Assembly: GCF_009914755.1 (NCBI RefSeq) | Contig: NC_060933.1 | DNA length: 64,000 bases | Source of the DNA: the human T2T-CHM13v2.0 reference genome, Homo sapiens | Strand: one strand, 5' to 3' | Translations under genes and position numbers: made by a program | Notes under the pieces: generated by a model | What the model was told of the DNA's origin: nothing | Seen by the model: the letters and a program-made list of their open reading frames with translations, nothing else | Databases searched by the model: none | Shown: positions 1 through 16,580 of the stretch, piece after piece | How positions within the stretch are numbered: position 1 is the first letter of the stretch | Layout of the letters: each line of letters starts with the position of its first letter

Positions 1-461
<461 letters not shown>

Positions 462-767
462 CAGAACTTTATTATAGGTGGGACACACATACCAAAAGAA
501 TCAGTGCACCACAATGATCTAATTCAATTTTGCTTTTTGAGAGGGTTTACAGAAAGATTAAACTGACTGATTAACATTAAGCGCTCTTTTCCCCTTAGAC
601 CAAATTTTAGTTAGCTATTGTCAACTATAAAGCTCATTATTATTCTTATGAACTTTAGAATCTAAAAAGATAAATCAGTCATTTGCCTGTTTGTTAAGAC
701 TTTGTCTGAGCCATCCCTACAAGACAGGTAAAGACAGCACTCAGCACAGGACTGTGGCCTACACTGA

Positions 768-1482
<715 letters not shown>

Positions 1483-1564
1483 CACTCTCTGTTCAACTCG
1501 GGAATCCCTGTCTTCTTCCTGTCTTGAAAGCTTCAGCCTTCTGAGATTTAAGAATACAATTTCA

Positions 1565-1858
<294 letters not shown>

Positions 1859-1994
1859 TTCAATTTCAAAACCTAGATAAAAACTAAATCTTTGGAGATT
1901 CAGTGCTAAATTCTCAATTTGTGTTCACTAAAAGACGTATACTTGGGCAGTGACTAATTTGATAGCTATTTCCCTTGGACTGATAAGTACATTC

Positions 1995-2293
1995 CTTTTT
2001 TTTTTTTTTTTTTGTTAGACAGAGTCTTGCTCTGTCGGCCAGGCTGGAGTGGCATGATCTCGGCTAACTGCAACCTCCATCTCCTGGGTTCAAGCAATTC
2101 TCCTGCCTCAGCCTCCTGAGTAGCTGGGATTACAGGCATGTGCCACCATGCCCGGCTAATTTTTGTAATTTGAGTAGAGGCAGGGTTTCACCATGTTGAC
2201 CAGGCTGGTCTCAAACTCCTGACCTCAGGTGATCTGGCCTCCTCGGCCTCCCAAAGTGCTGGGACTACAGGTGTGAGCCACTGTGCCCCACCC
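1995..2293 (-). mobile_element. AluS(x)-like
   Basis: Full dimer; TSD AAGTACATTC. Confidence 0.93.
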
Positions 2294-3076
2294 AAGTACA
2301 TTCATTTTTAAACAATTAAGAAGTTTTGTAATGACTTGTGAAATGAGGTGATGAAATATAATTAAAATAATCACTATTTTAATGGTAGTTCTCCATGGAA
2401 TATTTCACAAAATTATTCAGCACCTTAAGTTTTTAAGAACTAATAATGAAATAATATAATAATAAGCCAGGAACATAGTGTTATAAATAGATACAAAATA
2501 CTTTAGAGATTGAAGTTTTGTATTCACAGAGATGGGAGTGAAATAAAGCAGTTGTTCTTGTAACTCTTGGCACTGAGACTATGTGACCTGTGATTTTGAT
2601 ATATGAGAGAAAAGCCAGATTTTATATGCAAGATGTTGGACAATAGATTTAGAGAGAAAAAGTATCAGAATACACATTGAGGCAATAATTGCCTGTTTAC
2701 AGATGAAACAGCAAAGACAAGATATAGAACTTCAAAATAAACATAAATGGTAATACTTAGCAGCATATTGAGCCAATTTATTTGGAGAAAATAATGAGAA
2801 CACGCAGGACAACACTGATGCTATTACTTGTTAAATAGACAAAAATTTATATTTTTTCCACTCAGGAGACTGTTTTTAGTAGTTTACTACTAGACAAGAT
2901 GGTATGTTGAATAAAGCTAATGTACTTACTCTGTTTTGTTTCTTCTTTTTTTTAAGTTCTGGAATAATTTTCAGGAGAAAGAAAATCATAAGAGTTTGTT
3001 TAAAATTTCTTTTTCTTGAAACAGATTTATGTTATTGAAAAATCAAATAACAGGTCACTACATAAATACCCCTGAA

Positions 3077-3377
3077 ATTTTTTTTTTTTCTTTTTTTGAG
3101 ACGGAGTCACGTTCTGTTGCCAGGCTGGAGAACGGTGGCGCCACCTTGGCTCACTGCAACCGCCGCCTCCTGGGTTCAAGCAATTCTCCTGCTTAAGCCT
3201 CCTGAGTAGCTGGGACTACAGGCTCGCACCACCACACCCAGCTAATTTTTTGTGTTTTTAGTAGAGACAGCGTTTCATCATGTTGCCCAGGATAGTCTTG
3301 ATCTCTTGACCTCGTAATCTTCCCGTCTCAACCTCCCAAAGTGCTGGGATTACAGGCATGAGCCACAGCGCCAAGCC
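3077..3377 (-). mobile_element. AluSc-like
   Basis: Poly-T, dimer, GATCTCTTGACCTCGT. Confidence 0.92.
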
Positions 3378-3628
3378 AAAAATGTCGGTGAATTTTCAGA
3401 GACTAGATCCATTCAGTGAACACAGCCAGGGCTCTGTTGGATGCAAATTACAAAGACACAACTCAAATGTACTTTAACTCATGTTACAAAATGCTAAAGG
3501 ACAGACCTTAGGGAATAAGCAGCATCTCTAGAATTTAGTCTTACCTCTTCCATCTCTACCTTTCTCTGTGTTGGTTCCATTTTATTTGTTTCCTGCAATG
3601 ACTCATATCTTGTGATTGAAAAACAAGG

Positions 3629-4025
<397 letters not shown>

Positions 4026-4114
4026 TCAGAACCATATCTTTCTCCCCAAAACACTTTTGTTTCTGAGCATCCTCAGAGCCCATTTTTTCTGACCCAAATT
4101 GCTGCTCAGTAAAG

Positions 4115-4147
4115 GGACACAGATATTTAAAGGACACAGATATTTAA
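4115..4147. repeat. 17-bp period tandem duplication (GGACACAGATATTTAA x2)
   Basis: Copies at 4115-4130 and 4132-4147. Confidence 0.85.
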
Positions 4148-4533
4148 GGGACCTGAGGGGATGGTCCAAAAAGAGTAATTTTCTAGAGTGTCCAAATATT
4201 TTTAAGTAATTGTAGAGGCATCAATCAGGATATCACTCTTCCTCCATTCACCCACCAAGAGATTGGGAATTGCCTTGTTCAATGTCAAAAGGCTGTCCTG
4301 GCTCACTCTTTCAGCACTCTGCAAAAGATGAGTGTTATCACAATGGCATTGTGCCCACACACACCCAGGGAAAACCGCAGCTTTTGAAAAATGTTATAAA
4401 CAAAATAACTGCATTGAATTCCACCAGATAAATTACAGATCATTTCTTTGAAAGTTAACACCGTGAGAACAATGTGTTTGATTTTCTGTTTTCTCAAAGT
4501 AAAAGTTTAGACAAGTATATTCTAGTAATATCA

Positions 4534-4692
4534 TTTTATTTTTCATTTGAGACAGGGTCTCACTCTGTCATTCAGTCTGGAGTACAGTGGTGTGATCGCA
4601 GCTCACTGCAGCCTCAACCTCCCAGGCTCAGGTGACCCTTCCACCTCAGCCTCCCATGTAACTGAGACTACAGGCATGTGCCACCACTACCC
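4534..4692 (-). mobile_element. Alu right monomer (AluJ/FRAM-like)
   Basis: GAGACAGGGTCTCACTCTGTC...GCTCACTGCAGCCTCAACCTCCCAGGCTCA; no left arm. Confidence 0.85.
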
Positions 4693-5062
4693 ATCTGGTA
4701 GTATCTATACAGATCAGAGTTTACTTCTATATGGTAATGGAACAACTTTGACATGACAGAACATTCATAAGCAATTTTGGCATGTAAGTAACTGTTCTGA
4801 TATTCGAAGCTCTCAATTGTATGATAAGCAATCCAACTCAACTAGTTAAACAAAGACAAAAAACCTCTACTATATAAACATTAGAGAATCTTACCACATT
4901 TTGAGTATTTTAGTAGCTGAGTAAAAGAGACAAAATATATGAACATTTAAAATGCCCTTTAATGTCAGTTCATTTTTTTCTATGATTATAATAGTAAGAG
5001 CTGTGCGTGTGTTCTTTGGTTTAAATAGCACTACATTCTTCTTTGATATAATTTTTATATCC

Positions 5063-5160
5063 TTCCTCCCTCTCTCTCTCTGTGTGTGTGTGTGTATATA
5101 TACACACACACACAATATGTACATAGAATATATATACTGACACATACATACATTCATATA
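5063..5160. repeat. Compound microsatellite (CT)n(TG)n(TA)n(CA)n
   Basis: Seen directly. Confidence 0.85.
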
Positions 5161-5188
5161 TAAAATTTGAAATTAAAATATTAAGTAT

Positions 5189-5499
5189 GGCTGGGCATGG
5201 TGGCTCACACCTGTAATCCCAGCACTTTGAGAGGCCAAGGCAGGTGTATTATGAGGTCAAGAGTTCAAGACCAGCTTGGCCAAGATGGCGAAACCCCATC
5301 TTTACTAAAAATACAAAAACTAGCTATGACTGGTGGCAGGCACCTGTAATCCCAGCTACTCTGGAGGCTGAGGCAGAGAATTGTGTGAACCCAGGAGGCA
5401 GAGATTGCAGTGAGCTGAGATTGCACCACTACACTCCAGCCTGGGTGGAGCAAGACTCTGTCTCAAAAAAATAAAAAATAAAATAAATAAAGAAAGAAA
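5189..5499 (+). mobile_element. AluS (Sg-like)
   Basis: Full dimer; TSD AAAATATTAAG(T/C)ATG. Confidence 0.93.
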
Positions 5500-5775
5500 A
5501 TATTAAGCATGAACATAAAAAAGAACAAGAGCTGGTATAATTAGAATTAGTGTTTTGAAACTTTTCTCTTAAGTACTTTTGGTCATATTAATCAGTTGCT
5601 CTAAAATTTCAACATGGACATTTTGAAGGTGCACAGTTGCACACATCCCAATTGCAGAGTTCCAGTTTGGTTCAGATCGAGTAAACACATTCTGCCTTAT
5701 CTACTGATTACACTGATAATCATGGTCAAAATGCATAATGTTACTAACAGAAGACTCTGAACGTTGGATAAGAGT

Positions 5776-5937
5776 AGTAAACATTCACCCCTAGACATTG
5801 CCATGGGGTTGAAGCCCCACAGCCTGTCTGTATGCTCCCCTAGAGGTTTGACCAGCGGGGCACTGAAGCACTGAAGAAGCAAGCCACACCTCCATCACAT
5901 GCCCTGCAAAAGGGACAAGGGAACCTTTCCCATTTTA
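5776..5937 (+). mobile_element. LTR18-like (ERVL) 3' end fragment
   Basis: GTAAACATTCACCCCTAGAC...GCTCCCCTAGAGGTTTG...GGGACAAGGGAACCTTTCCCATTTTA matches recalled LTR18 3' terminus (...TCCCGTTTCA). Confidence 0.72.
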
Positions 5938-5941
5938 ATAG

Positions 5942-5963
5942 CTACACATGTACCCCTGAACTT
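5942..5963 (+). mobile_element. L1 3'-terminal fragment (CTACACATGTACCCCTGAACTT)
   Basis: 21/22 match to recalled L1PA13-16 tail CTGCACATGTACCCCTGAACTT; no poly-A follows. Confidence 0.7.
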
Positions 5964-6016
5964 GGTATGGAGCTCAGGACCTGAAGGATGACCTAGCGGT
6001 GATTTGCCTAACTTGA

Positions 6017-6172
6017 TTTCCTCCTTCCTTCCCTTCCTCTTTCCTTCCCTCCCTCTCATCATCCTTCCTCTTTCCCTTCTTCCTCCCCCCCTCTCTCCTT
6101 CTTATTTCTCCTCTCTTATTCCTCCTCTTCCACCCCTCCTTCTCCTTCTTCTCAGTCTTCTTCTTTCTTCTT
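6017..6172. repeat. Polypyrimidine (CT-rich) low-complexity tract
   Basis: ~155 bp almost entirely C/T. Confidence 0.85.
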
Positions 6173-7597
6173 ATGTATTCAAGCTTGAGCTCTGAAACAG
6201 ACTGAAACTAGAACTGCACACAGGCAGACTGAAGGAGATAGAGACATCCAGGAGATGATTTTCTGAAAAAATTAAAATAGACCACTAGCTAGACTAACAA
6301 AAAAGAAAAGAAAGAAGATTCAAATAAACAATCAGAAACAACAAGGGCAATATTACCACTGACCCCACAGAAATACAAATAACTATCAGAGAATATTATG
6401 AACACCTCTATGCATATAAACTAGAAAATCTAGTAGAAATGGATAAATGCCTGGACACATACACCCTCCCAAGACTGAACCAGGAAGAAATTGAGTCCCC
6501 GAACAGACCAAAAATAAGCTCCAAACTTGAGTCAGTAATAAGTAGCCTGTCAACCAAAAAAGGCCCAGGACTAGACAGATGCACAGCTGAATCCTACCAG
6601 ATGTACAAAGAAGAGCTGGTATTACTCATACCAAAACTATTCAAAAAAATTGAGGAGGAGGGATTCCTCCCAAACTCCTTCTATGAGGCCAGCATCATCC
6701 AGATACCAAAACCTGGCAGATATACAACAACAACAACAAAAAAAACTTCAGGCCAATATTCTTGATGAATGTTGATGTAAAAATCCTCAACAAAATACTG
6801 GCAAACCGAATTGAGCAGCAGATCAAAAGGCGTATCCACCACGGTCAATTAGACTTCATCCCCGGGATACAAGGTTGGTTCAACCTACACAAACCAATAA
6901 ATGTTATTCATCACATAAACAGAACTAAAGGCCAAAACCATATGATTATCTCAAAAGATACAGAAAAGGCTTTCAATAAAATTCAACATTCATTCATGTT
7001 AAAAACTCTCAATAAACTAGGTATTGAAGAAACATACCTCAAAAGAATAAGCACCATATATGATAAACCCACAGCTAATATCATACTTAATGGGCAAAAG
7101 CTGGAAGCATTCCCCTTGGAAACTGGCACAAGACAAGGTTGCCCTCTCTCACTACTCCTATTAAATATAGTATTGGAAGTTCTGGCCAGGGCAATCAGGC
7201 AAGATAAAGAAATAAAGAACTTTCAAATAGTAAGAGAAGAAGTCAACTATCCCTGTTTGCAGATGACATGATCATATTTCTAGAAAACCCCATAGTCTCA
7301 ACCCAAAAGCTTATTAAGCTGATAAGCAACTTCAGGAAAATCTCGGGATACAAAATCAAGGTGCAAAAATTACTAGCATTCCTATACACCAACAAAAGTC
7401 AAGCCAAGAGCCAAATCAGGAACAAACTCCCATTCACAACTGCAACAAAAAGAATAAAATACCTAAGAATACAGCTAACAAGGGAGGTGAAAGGTCTCTA
7501 CAAGGAGAACTACAAACCACTGCTCAAATAAATCAGAGAAGGCACAAACAAATGGAAAAACATTCTATGCCCATGGATAAGAAGAATCAATATTGTT

Positions 7598-7966
<369 letters not shown>

Positions 7967-9026
7967 CTATCACTGACATTCTTCACAGAACTATAAAAAA
8001 AACTCTTTTAATATTCATATGGAACCAAATAAGAGCACAAATAGCCAAGGCAATCTTAAGCAAAAACAACAAAGCTGGAGGCATCACGCTACCCGACTTT
8101 GAGCTATACTACAGGGCTACAGTAACCAAAAAACATAGTACTGGTACAAATTTATTTGTACAAATTTATTATTGGTACAGACACATAAACCAATGGAACA
8201 GAATAGAGAACCCACAAGTAAGACCACACACCTACAACTATCTGATCTTCAACAAACCTGACAAAAGCAAGCAATGGGGAAAATATTCCCTATTCAATAA
8301 ATGGTGCTAGGATAACTGGCTAGCCATATACAGAAGATTGAAATTGAACTTCTTCCTTACACCATATTAAAAAATTAGCTCAAGATGGATTAAAGACTTA
8401 AATGTAAAACCCAAAACTATAGAAATCCTGGAAGACAACCTAGGCAATACCATTCAGAACAGTCACAGGCAAAGATTTCATGATAAAGACACAAAAAGCA
8501 ATTGTAACAGAAACAAACATTGACAAATGGGATCTAATTAAACTAAAGACCTTCTGCACAGCAAAAGAAACTATCAACAGAGTCAACAGACAACCTACAG
8601 AATGCAAGAAAATATTTGCAAACTATGCATCTGACAAAGGTCCAATACCCAGCATCTATAAGGAACTTAAACTAATTTACAAGAAAAAACCAACCCCATT
8701 AAAGTGGGAAAAGGACATGAACAGATACTTTTTAAAGGAAGACATACATGCGGCCAACAATCATATGAAAAAAAGCTCAATATCAGTGATCATTAGAGAA
8801 ATGCAAATCAAAACCACAGTGAGATACCATCTCACAGCAGTCAGAATGGTGATTTTTTAAAATAATAAAACATTATAAACTATACCTAACATTTATAGAA
8901 CACTCCACCCTACAGCAGCAGAATACATGTTTTTCTAAAAGAAAATGATATCCTGAAACATTGTTCAGCAGAACTGTTACAATTTCTTTTTAAAAACCTG
9001 AAATTTCTTCTTTTAATTGGTAATTA

Positions 9027-9244
9027 TTTTTTTAACTTTTATTTTAAGTTCAGGGTTACATGTGAAGGTTTGTTACACAGGTAAACCTGTGACATGGGGG
9101 GTTATTGTACAGATTATTTCATCTCCCAGGTATTAAGCCTAGTACTCATTAGTTATCTTTCCTGACCTTCTCCCTCCTCCCACCCTCCACCCTTTGAGAT
9201 ACCACAGTGTGTGTTGCTACCCTCTATGTGTCCATGTGTTCTCA
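9027..9244 (-). mobile_element. Short antisense L1 3' end nested in L1
   Basis: TTTAACTTTTATTTTAAGTTCAGGG...TGTGTCCATGTGTTCTCA = reverse complement of L1PA13-16 3' UTR. Confidence 0.9.
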
Positions 9245-9902
9245 TCAGAATGGCTATTATTAAAAAGCAAAAAGCAAAAAAAAAAAAAAAAAAAAACAGA
9301 TGCTGGTGAAGTTGTGGAGAAAAAGGAACAATTATACAATGTTGGTGGGAGTGTAAATTAGTTCTACTATTTTGGAAGACAGTGTGATGATTCCTCAAAG
9401 ACCTGAAGACAGAAATGTCATTCAGCCCAGCAATCCCATTACTGGGCATATACCCAAAAGAACATAAATCATTCTATTATAAAGCCACATACACACGTAT
9501 GTTCACTGCAGCACTACTCATAACAGCAAGGACATGGAATCACCCTAAATGCCCAACAATGATAGACTGGATAAAGAAAATGTAGTACATATACACCATG
9601 GAAAACTATGCAGCTATAAAAAAGAATAAGATCATGTCCTTTGCGCAAACATTAATGGAGCTGGAGGCCATTATCCTTAGCAAACTAATACAGGAACAGA
9701 AAACCAAATACAGCATGTTCTCACTTATAGTGGGAGCTAAACGATGAGAGCATATGGACACACAGAGGGAAACATGAGGGTGGAGGATAGGAGGAGAGAG
9801 AAGAACGGGAAAAATAACAAATGGGCATTAGGCTTAATACCTGGGTGATGAAACAATCTGTACAACAAACCTCGATGACACGAGTTTACCTGTGTACCAA
9901 AC

Positions 9903-10535
<633 letters not shown>

Positions 10536-10750
10536 AGGACTTCTTTATTAAGTGGTTTTTCATTAAAGGCAGTGATGTTAAATGTGCTCTTGCAAAGGGA
10601 GTTTCTCCTAAGGTTGCTGTTACTAGGGAACTGTTGCTATGGGCACCATTGCTAAGAAATGTTGCTAAAGACAATGTTTCTAAGGATATTGCTAAGAGCT
10701 TTGTTGCCAAGGGTGTTGTTGCTAAGAAGATTGTCGCCAAGGGAATTGTA

Positions 10751-10826
10751 TTAGGTTGGTACAAAGGTGATTGCGGTTTTTGCCACTGAAATGGCAAAAA
10801 TCGCAATTACCTTTGCATCAACCTAA
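10751..10826. mobile_element. MADE1 (Hsmar1-derived MITE), palindromic
   Basis: TTAGGTTGGTACAAAGGTGATTGCGGTTTTTGCCA...TGGCAAAAATCGCAATTACCTTTGCATCAACCTAA; TA TSD at 10749-50 and 10827-28. Confidence 0.95.
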
Positions 10827-11585
10827 TAATTAAGGACATTGTTGCTGCATATAGTGTTGCAATGGATTTTGCTCCTAGGGCCTCTTAGATAAGGGTGTTG
10901 TTGCTAAGAAATGTTCCCCACACATACTGCCACCAAGGACATAGTTGTTACTGCCACTGTAACTAAATGCATGGCTGATATGGCCATTATTGCTCTGGTC
11001 ACAATTACAGTAGCCACTCTTGCAGAAGGAGCAATTCCTATGGCCACCGTTGCTAAAGACATTGTTATTAAGTATGTTGCTATTAATGGAACTTTTTCAA
11101 AGAGTGCGGTTGCTAAGCACATTTTGCCAAGCTTTTGCTAATGATATTGTTGAGAGGGCCCTTATGCTAAAGACATCGTTCTTAAAGGTGTTAGTATTAA
11201 GGGTGGTGTTGCAAGAAAGTTTTTGCTAAGGATGCATTTGCTAAATCAAGGTTGGATGGTCACTACTGTCACGAAAACTGTTGCTAAAGACAACATTGCT
11301 AGGGGCAAAGGTGCTAAGGAAATTTTTGCTATGAAATGTGTTGATAAGATTGTTGATGTTAGGCAGTTTTTAGAAAGGCACTTTCTTTGTTAGTATTAGT
11401 GTGTTTTGTGTTTTCTTAGTATGTTTGTTAGTGTGTTTTGGCGTGCTTTGCTAAGAAATCTGCACTAAGTTGCTTTTGCTGAGGGTGTGGCTGCTATGGC
11501 CACTGTTGGCAAAGTCATTATTGAGAAGGCATTATTTCTAAGTTTATTATTGCTAAGGAAATTGTTGCCTTTTTGTTAAGAGAAT

Positions 11586-11822
11586 TGTATTAGTTTCCTA
11601 GGGCTGTCACATCAAAGTACCAAAAACGAGGTGGCTTAAAACAAAAGAAATTTATCTTACAGTTCTGGAGCTTAGAAGTCCAAATCAGGTGGTGGTAGGG
11701 TTGCTTCCTTCTGAGCACTCTGAATCTTTTCCGTGCGTTTTTCCTTGCTTCTGATGGTTCCTGGAAATCTTTCACATTTCTTGGCATCACTCCAGTCTCT
11801 GCCTTCATATTCACATGCCCTT
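11586..11822 (-). mobile_element. MLT1 (MLT1B/C-like) MaLR LTR fragment
   Basis: TGTATTAGTTTCCTAGGGCTG...GGTGGCTTAAAACAA.AGAAATTTAT..TACAGTTCTGGAG...AGAAGTCCAAATCAGG. Confidence 0.85.
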
Positions 11823-12200
11823 ACAAAACTTACTCTCTGTTGCTAGGAGCGTGTTTGCTAAGGAAATGCTTGCTAAAGATATTTTTAAGGGCATTTCTCT
11901 TAAAGGCATTAATGTTCAAGATATTGTCACAGATAAGTTTTGGTACCAATGCAATTACCAAGAGTGTTGATGTTATGGCCCTGTTGCAAAGGAAACTTGT
12001 TGTTAAGGGTATTGCAAGACTCTTGTGTTAATATCGTTGTAAAGAAAGTTGTTGTTAAGGATGCTGTTCCTAACTGCATTTGTTTCTATGTTGCAAAATG
12101 AGATATGTTAAAAGCATTGTTGCAAAAGATGTTCTTGCTAGGAGCATTGCTGCTGATGGAAAGTTTGCAAAGGTAATTGTTGATGGAAGCAATTTTGAAG

Positions 12201-12206
<6 letters not shown>

Positions 12207-12239
<33 letters not shown>

Positions 12240-12520
12240 CAGGCAGAGTCTAGCTCTGTCGCCCAAGCTGGAGTGCAGTGGTATGATCATGGTTCACTAA
12301 CCTCAAACTCTTGGGCTCCAGCAATTTTCTCACCTCAGCCTCCCAAGTAGCTAGGACTACGAGCACAGGTCACCATACCGGACTTTTTAAAAAAATTTTT
12401 TGTAGAGACAGCATCTCACTATATTGCCCAGACTGACCTCAAACTGCCGGCCTCAAGCAAACTTCCTGCCTCAACCTTTCAAAGTGCTGGGATTACAGAC
12501 ATTAGTCACCATATCTGGTC
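12207..12520 (-). mobile_element. AluJ
   Basis: Diverged dimer; TCTCACTATATTGCCCAG, CCTCAAGCAA J-type features. Confidence 0.88.
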
Positions 12521-12678
12521 AAGATTGTCATTCTTAAAGGCATTGATATTAAAAGTGTTATTGAAGATTAAGGTTTTGCTATGAGTGCTGTTAGTAACTG
12601 TACTGTTGCTAAGAAAGCTGTTGTTAAGGGCATTTTTGATAAGGGTACTATTGGTAAGGTTATTGTTCTTAAGGGTAT

Positions 12679-13092
12679 TGCTATGGTTTGGATGTTTGTC
12701 CCCTCTAAACCTCATGTTGAAATTTGATCCCCAATGTTGGAGATGGGGCCTAATGGGAAGTGTTTGGGTCATATGACCAAATCCCGTATTAACAGATTAA
12801 TCTCCTTCCTTGAGGCTGAGTGTGTCGTCTATCAGCTCCTGCCAGAGCTGGTCGTTAAAAAGAGCCTGAGACCTTTCTGCTCTCTTTCTCTCTCTCATAA
12901 TGTGAGCTCTGCACACACCAGCTCCCCTTCATCTTCTGCCATGAGTGGAAGCAGCCTGAGGCCCTCACCTGACACAGATGTCCAATCTTGAACTTCCCAG
13001 CCATCAGAATTGAGAACCAACTAAATGGTTTTTCTGTATAAATTACCCATCCTCAGGTATTTATTTTGAGCAACACAAAATGGTATAAGGCA
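12679..13092 (+). mobile_element. MST (MSTB-like) MaLR solo LTR
   Basis: TGCTATGGTTTGGATGTTTGTCCCC..AAACCTCATGTTGAAATTTGATCCCCAATGTTGGAG...ATAAATTACCCA..CTCAGGTAT...CA; TSD-like GGTAT/GGTGT. Confidence 0.88.
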
Positions 13093-13357
13093 GGTGTTGA
13101 TGTCAAAAAAGTTTTGTAAGGGCATTGTTCTTTAAGGCCTTGAAGTTATTGTGCAAAGAAAGTTTTGCTAAGGGTGTTATTGCTATGACTAGTGTTTCTA
13201 AGGAAACTGTTGCTAAAAGCACTTTTTTTCTCAGAGCATTATTCCTAAGGACTTAATTGCTAAGAGAATGGTAGTAATAATATTTTTGCCAAGGTTGTTG
13301 TGGCTAAGGAAGTCATTGCTGAGGTTCTTTTGTTAAACATGCTGTTCTTAAAGGCAT

Positions 13358-14046
13358 TTTTGTTTTGTTTTGTTTTGTTTTGAGACAGGGTCTCACTCTG
13401 TCACCCAAGCTGGAGTGCAGTTGCATGATCACAGCTCACTGCAGGCTTGAACTCCTGTGCTCAAAGTGATCCTCCTGCCTCAGTCTCCAAAGCAACTGGG
13501 ACAACAAGCACACACCACCATGCCTAGTGTATTAGACTGTTCTCATGTTGCTAATACAGACATACCCAAGACTGGGTAATTTTTAAAGGAAAGACATTTA
13601 ATTGACTCACAGTTCCCATGGCTGGAGAGGCCTCACAATCATGGCAGAAGGCAAAAGAGGAGCAAAGTCACATCTTACATGGCAGCAGGCAAGAGAGCTT
13701 GTGCAGGGAAACTCCCTTTTATAAAACCATCAAATTTCATGAGACTTATTCACTATTATGAGAACAGCATGGGAAAGACCCACCCCCATGATTCAATTAC
13801 CTTCCATCGGGTCCCTCCCATAACACGTGGGAATTATGGGAGCTACAATGCAAGATGAGATTTGGATGGGGATACAGCCAAACCATATCATGTAGCTAGC
13901 TTTTTAATTTTTTTAATTTTTCTTTTTGTAGAGATGAGATCTCACTACATTGCCCAACCTGGTCTTGAACCCTTGGTCTAAAGCAATCCTCCCGATCCCA
14001 CCTCTCAAAGTGCTGGAATTATAGGCATGAGCCACTGTGCCCAGCC
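13358..14046 (-). mobile_element. AluJ split by THE1 LTR
   Basis: Right arm 13358-13527, left arm ~13896-14046; TSD AAAGGCATT on both sides. Confidence 0.88.
13528..13890 (-). mobile_element. THE1 (B/C-like) solo LTR
   Basis: TGTATTAG..TGTTCTCA...GAGATTTGGATGGGGATACAGCCAAACCATATCA. Confidence 0.92.
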
Positions 14047-15367
14047 AAAGGCATTGATGTTAATGTTGTTGTTGGATGTTTTTGCTAAAGGTGCTGTTAC
14101 TAAGAACATTGTGGCCATGGCCACTATTGCAGAGGCTACTGTTGCTAAGATCATTGGTGCTAAAGGTGCTGTTCCTAAGGAAAGAGTGTTGAATTTAAGG
14201 AAATTGTTGTTATGGGCTATTTTCTTAGAGTCATTGTTCTTAAAGGCCTTGATAGTAAGAGTGTTGAAAATAAAACAGATTTTGCTATGAGTGATGTTGA
14301 TAAGGGAGCTGCTGCTATGAGTACTGTTTCCAAATGTGATGTTGCTAAGAGCCAATTGCTAAGGGTACTCTAGCTAAATGCATTGTTAATAAGGACATTG
14401 CTGCAAATAGTGCTGCTCACAGAGTTGTTGTTAATGGTGCTGTTTCTAAGGTCACTGTTGATACTGAACCAATGCTAAGGGCCCGGTTGTTCATGGCATT
14501 TTTATTAAAGGCAGTTATAATAATGAGGTTGTTTTTAAGGTGTTGATGCCAAGAGTATTGTTTCTAAAGATATTTTTGCTAAGCATGCTGTTGCTGATGG
14601 CCTTGTTTTATAGCCACTGTTTCTATGGGAAATGATACTAAAGGTGTTATTGCTTAGGGCATTGTTGCTATGGTTGGTAGCCAAGAAAGGTTTTGCTAAA
14701 TTGGCTTTTTTCCAAGGGTGCTGTGCAAAGGTTGTTAAGTACTGTTGTAAGGAAAATATTATTATGAATATTATTGTTAAGGCCATTGCCTATAAGAGTT
14801 GCTAAAGGACATTGTGAGTAAGGATATTTATATTAAGCACATTGTCACTGAGGAACTTGCTGCTAGGTGTTTTGTTGATGTGGCCTATTGTTGCTAAGGA
14901 TATTGTCACTCTGACAATGATATTAGGGACATTGTAGCTAAGGACATTGACATTAAGGCTCTGTTACTAAGACTCATTTTTGCTAAGGGTATTTTTGCTA
15001 AGGATGTTGTTATTAAGTACATTTTTGCTAGAGCATTCTTGTTCAGTGTGTTGTTGCTAAAGGGCTAGTTGCTAGAAGCACTTTTCCTAGAATAATTGTT
15101 GCAAAGAGCATTCATGCTAAAATGTTGATCCTAAGACCACTGTTTCTAAGAAACTCATTTGAAGGACACTGTCACTGTGAGTGTCGTTGCTAAGGTTGTT
15201 GTTGTAAAGTCCTTTATGGCTAAGGGCATTGTTACTATGTTCATTATTGTTAAGTGTATTACAGTAAAGAAGCATTGCTACTAAATACACTGCTGTTAAT
15301 GACTCTATTGCTCAGGGACTTAATCCTAAGGGTATTGTTGCAAAGAGAGTTAAGGATGTTGATGTTA

Positions 15368-15793
<426 letters not shown>

Positions 15794-16106
15794 CTAAGGT
15801 TGATGTTCCAAAAGGCATTGATGTTAAGGACATTGTTGCTAAGCCTGTTTTTTAAAGTGTGCTGCTGTTATGGGTATTGTTGTTAAGGGTGTTGTAAGAG
15901 AAATCATTGCTGAGTACCACTGCTGCTGAGAGCATTGCCACTAAGATCTAATATTGCCAAGGACAGTGTTGCTAAGGCCGTTGAACTTAAATGCATTTTG
16001 GTAAAGGCATTGTTCCTAAAGAGATTCTGGCTAAGGACACTGTTACAAGGGGCATCTTTTATAAGGGCATTGTTGCTAAAGTTGATTTTACTAAAGGCCA
16101 TTTTAG

Positions 16107-16580
<474 letters not shown>

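Noticed and set aside
6004-6195. Leu/Pro/Ser-rich ORF resembling a signal or transmembrane peptide
   Set aside because: Arises from a CT-rich low-complexity tract
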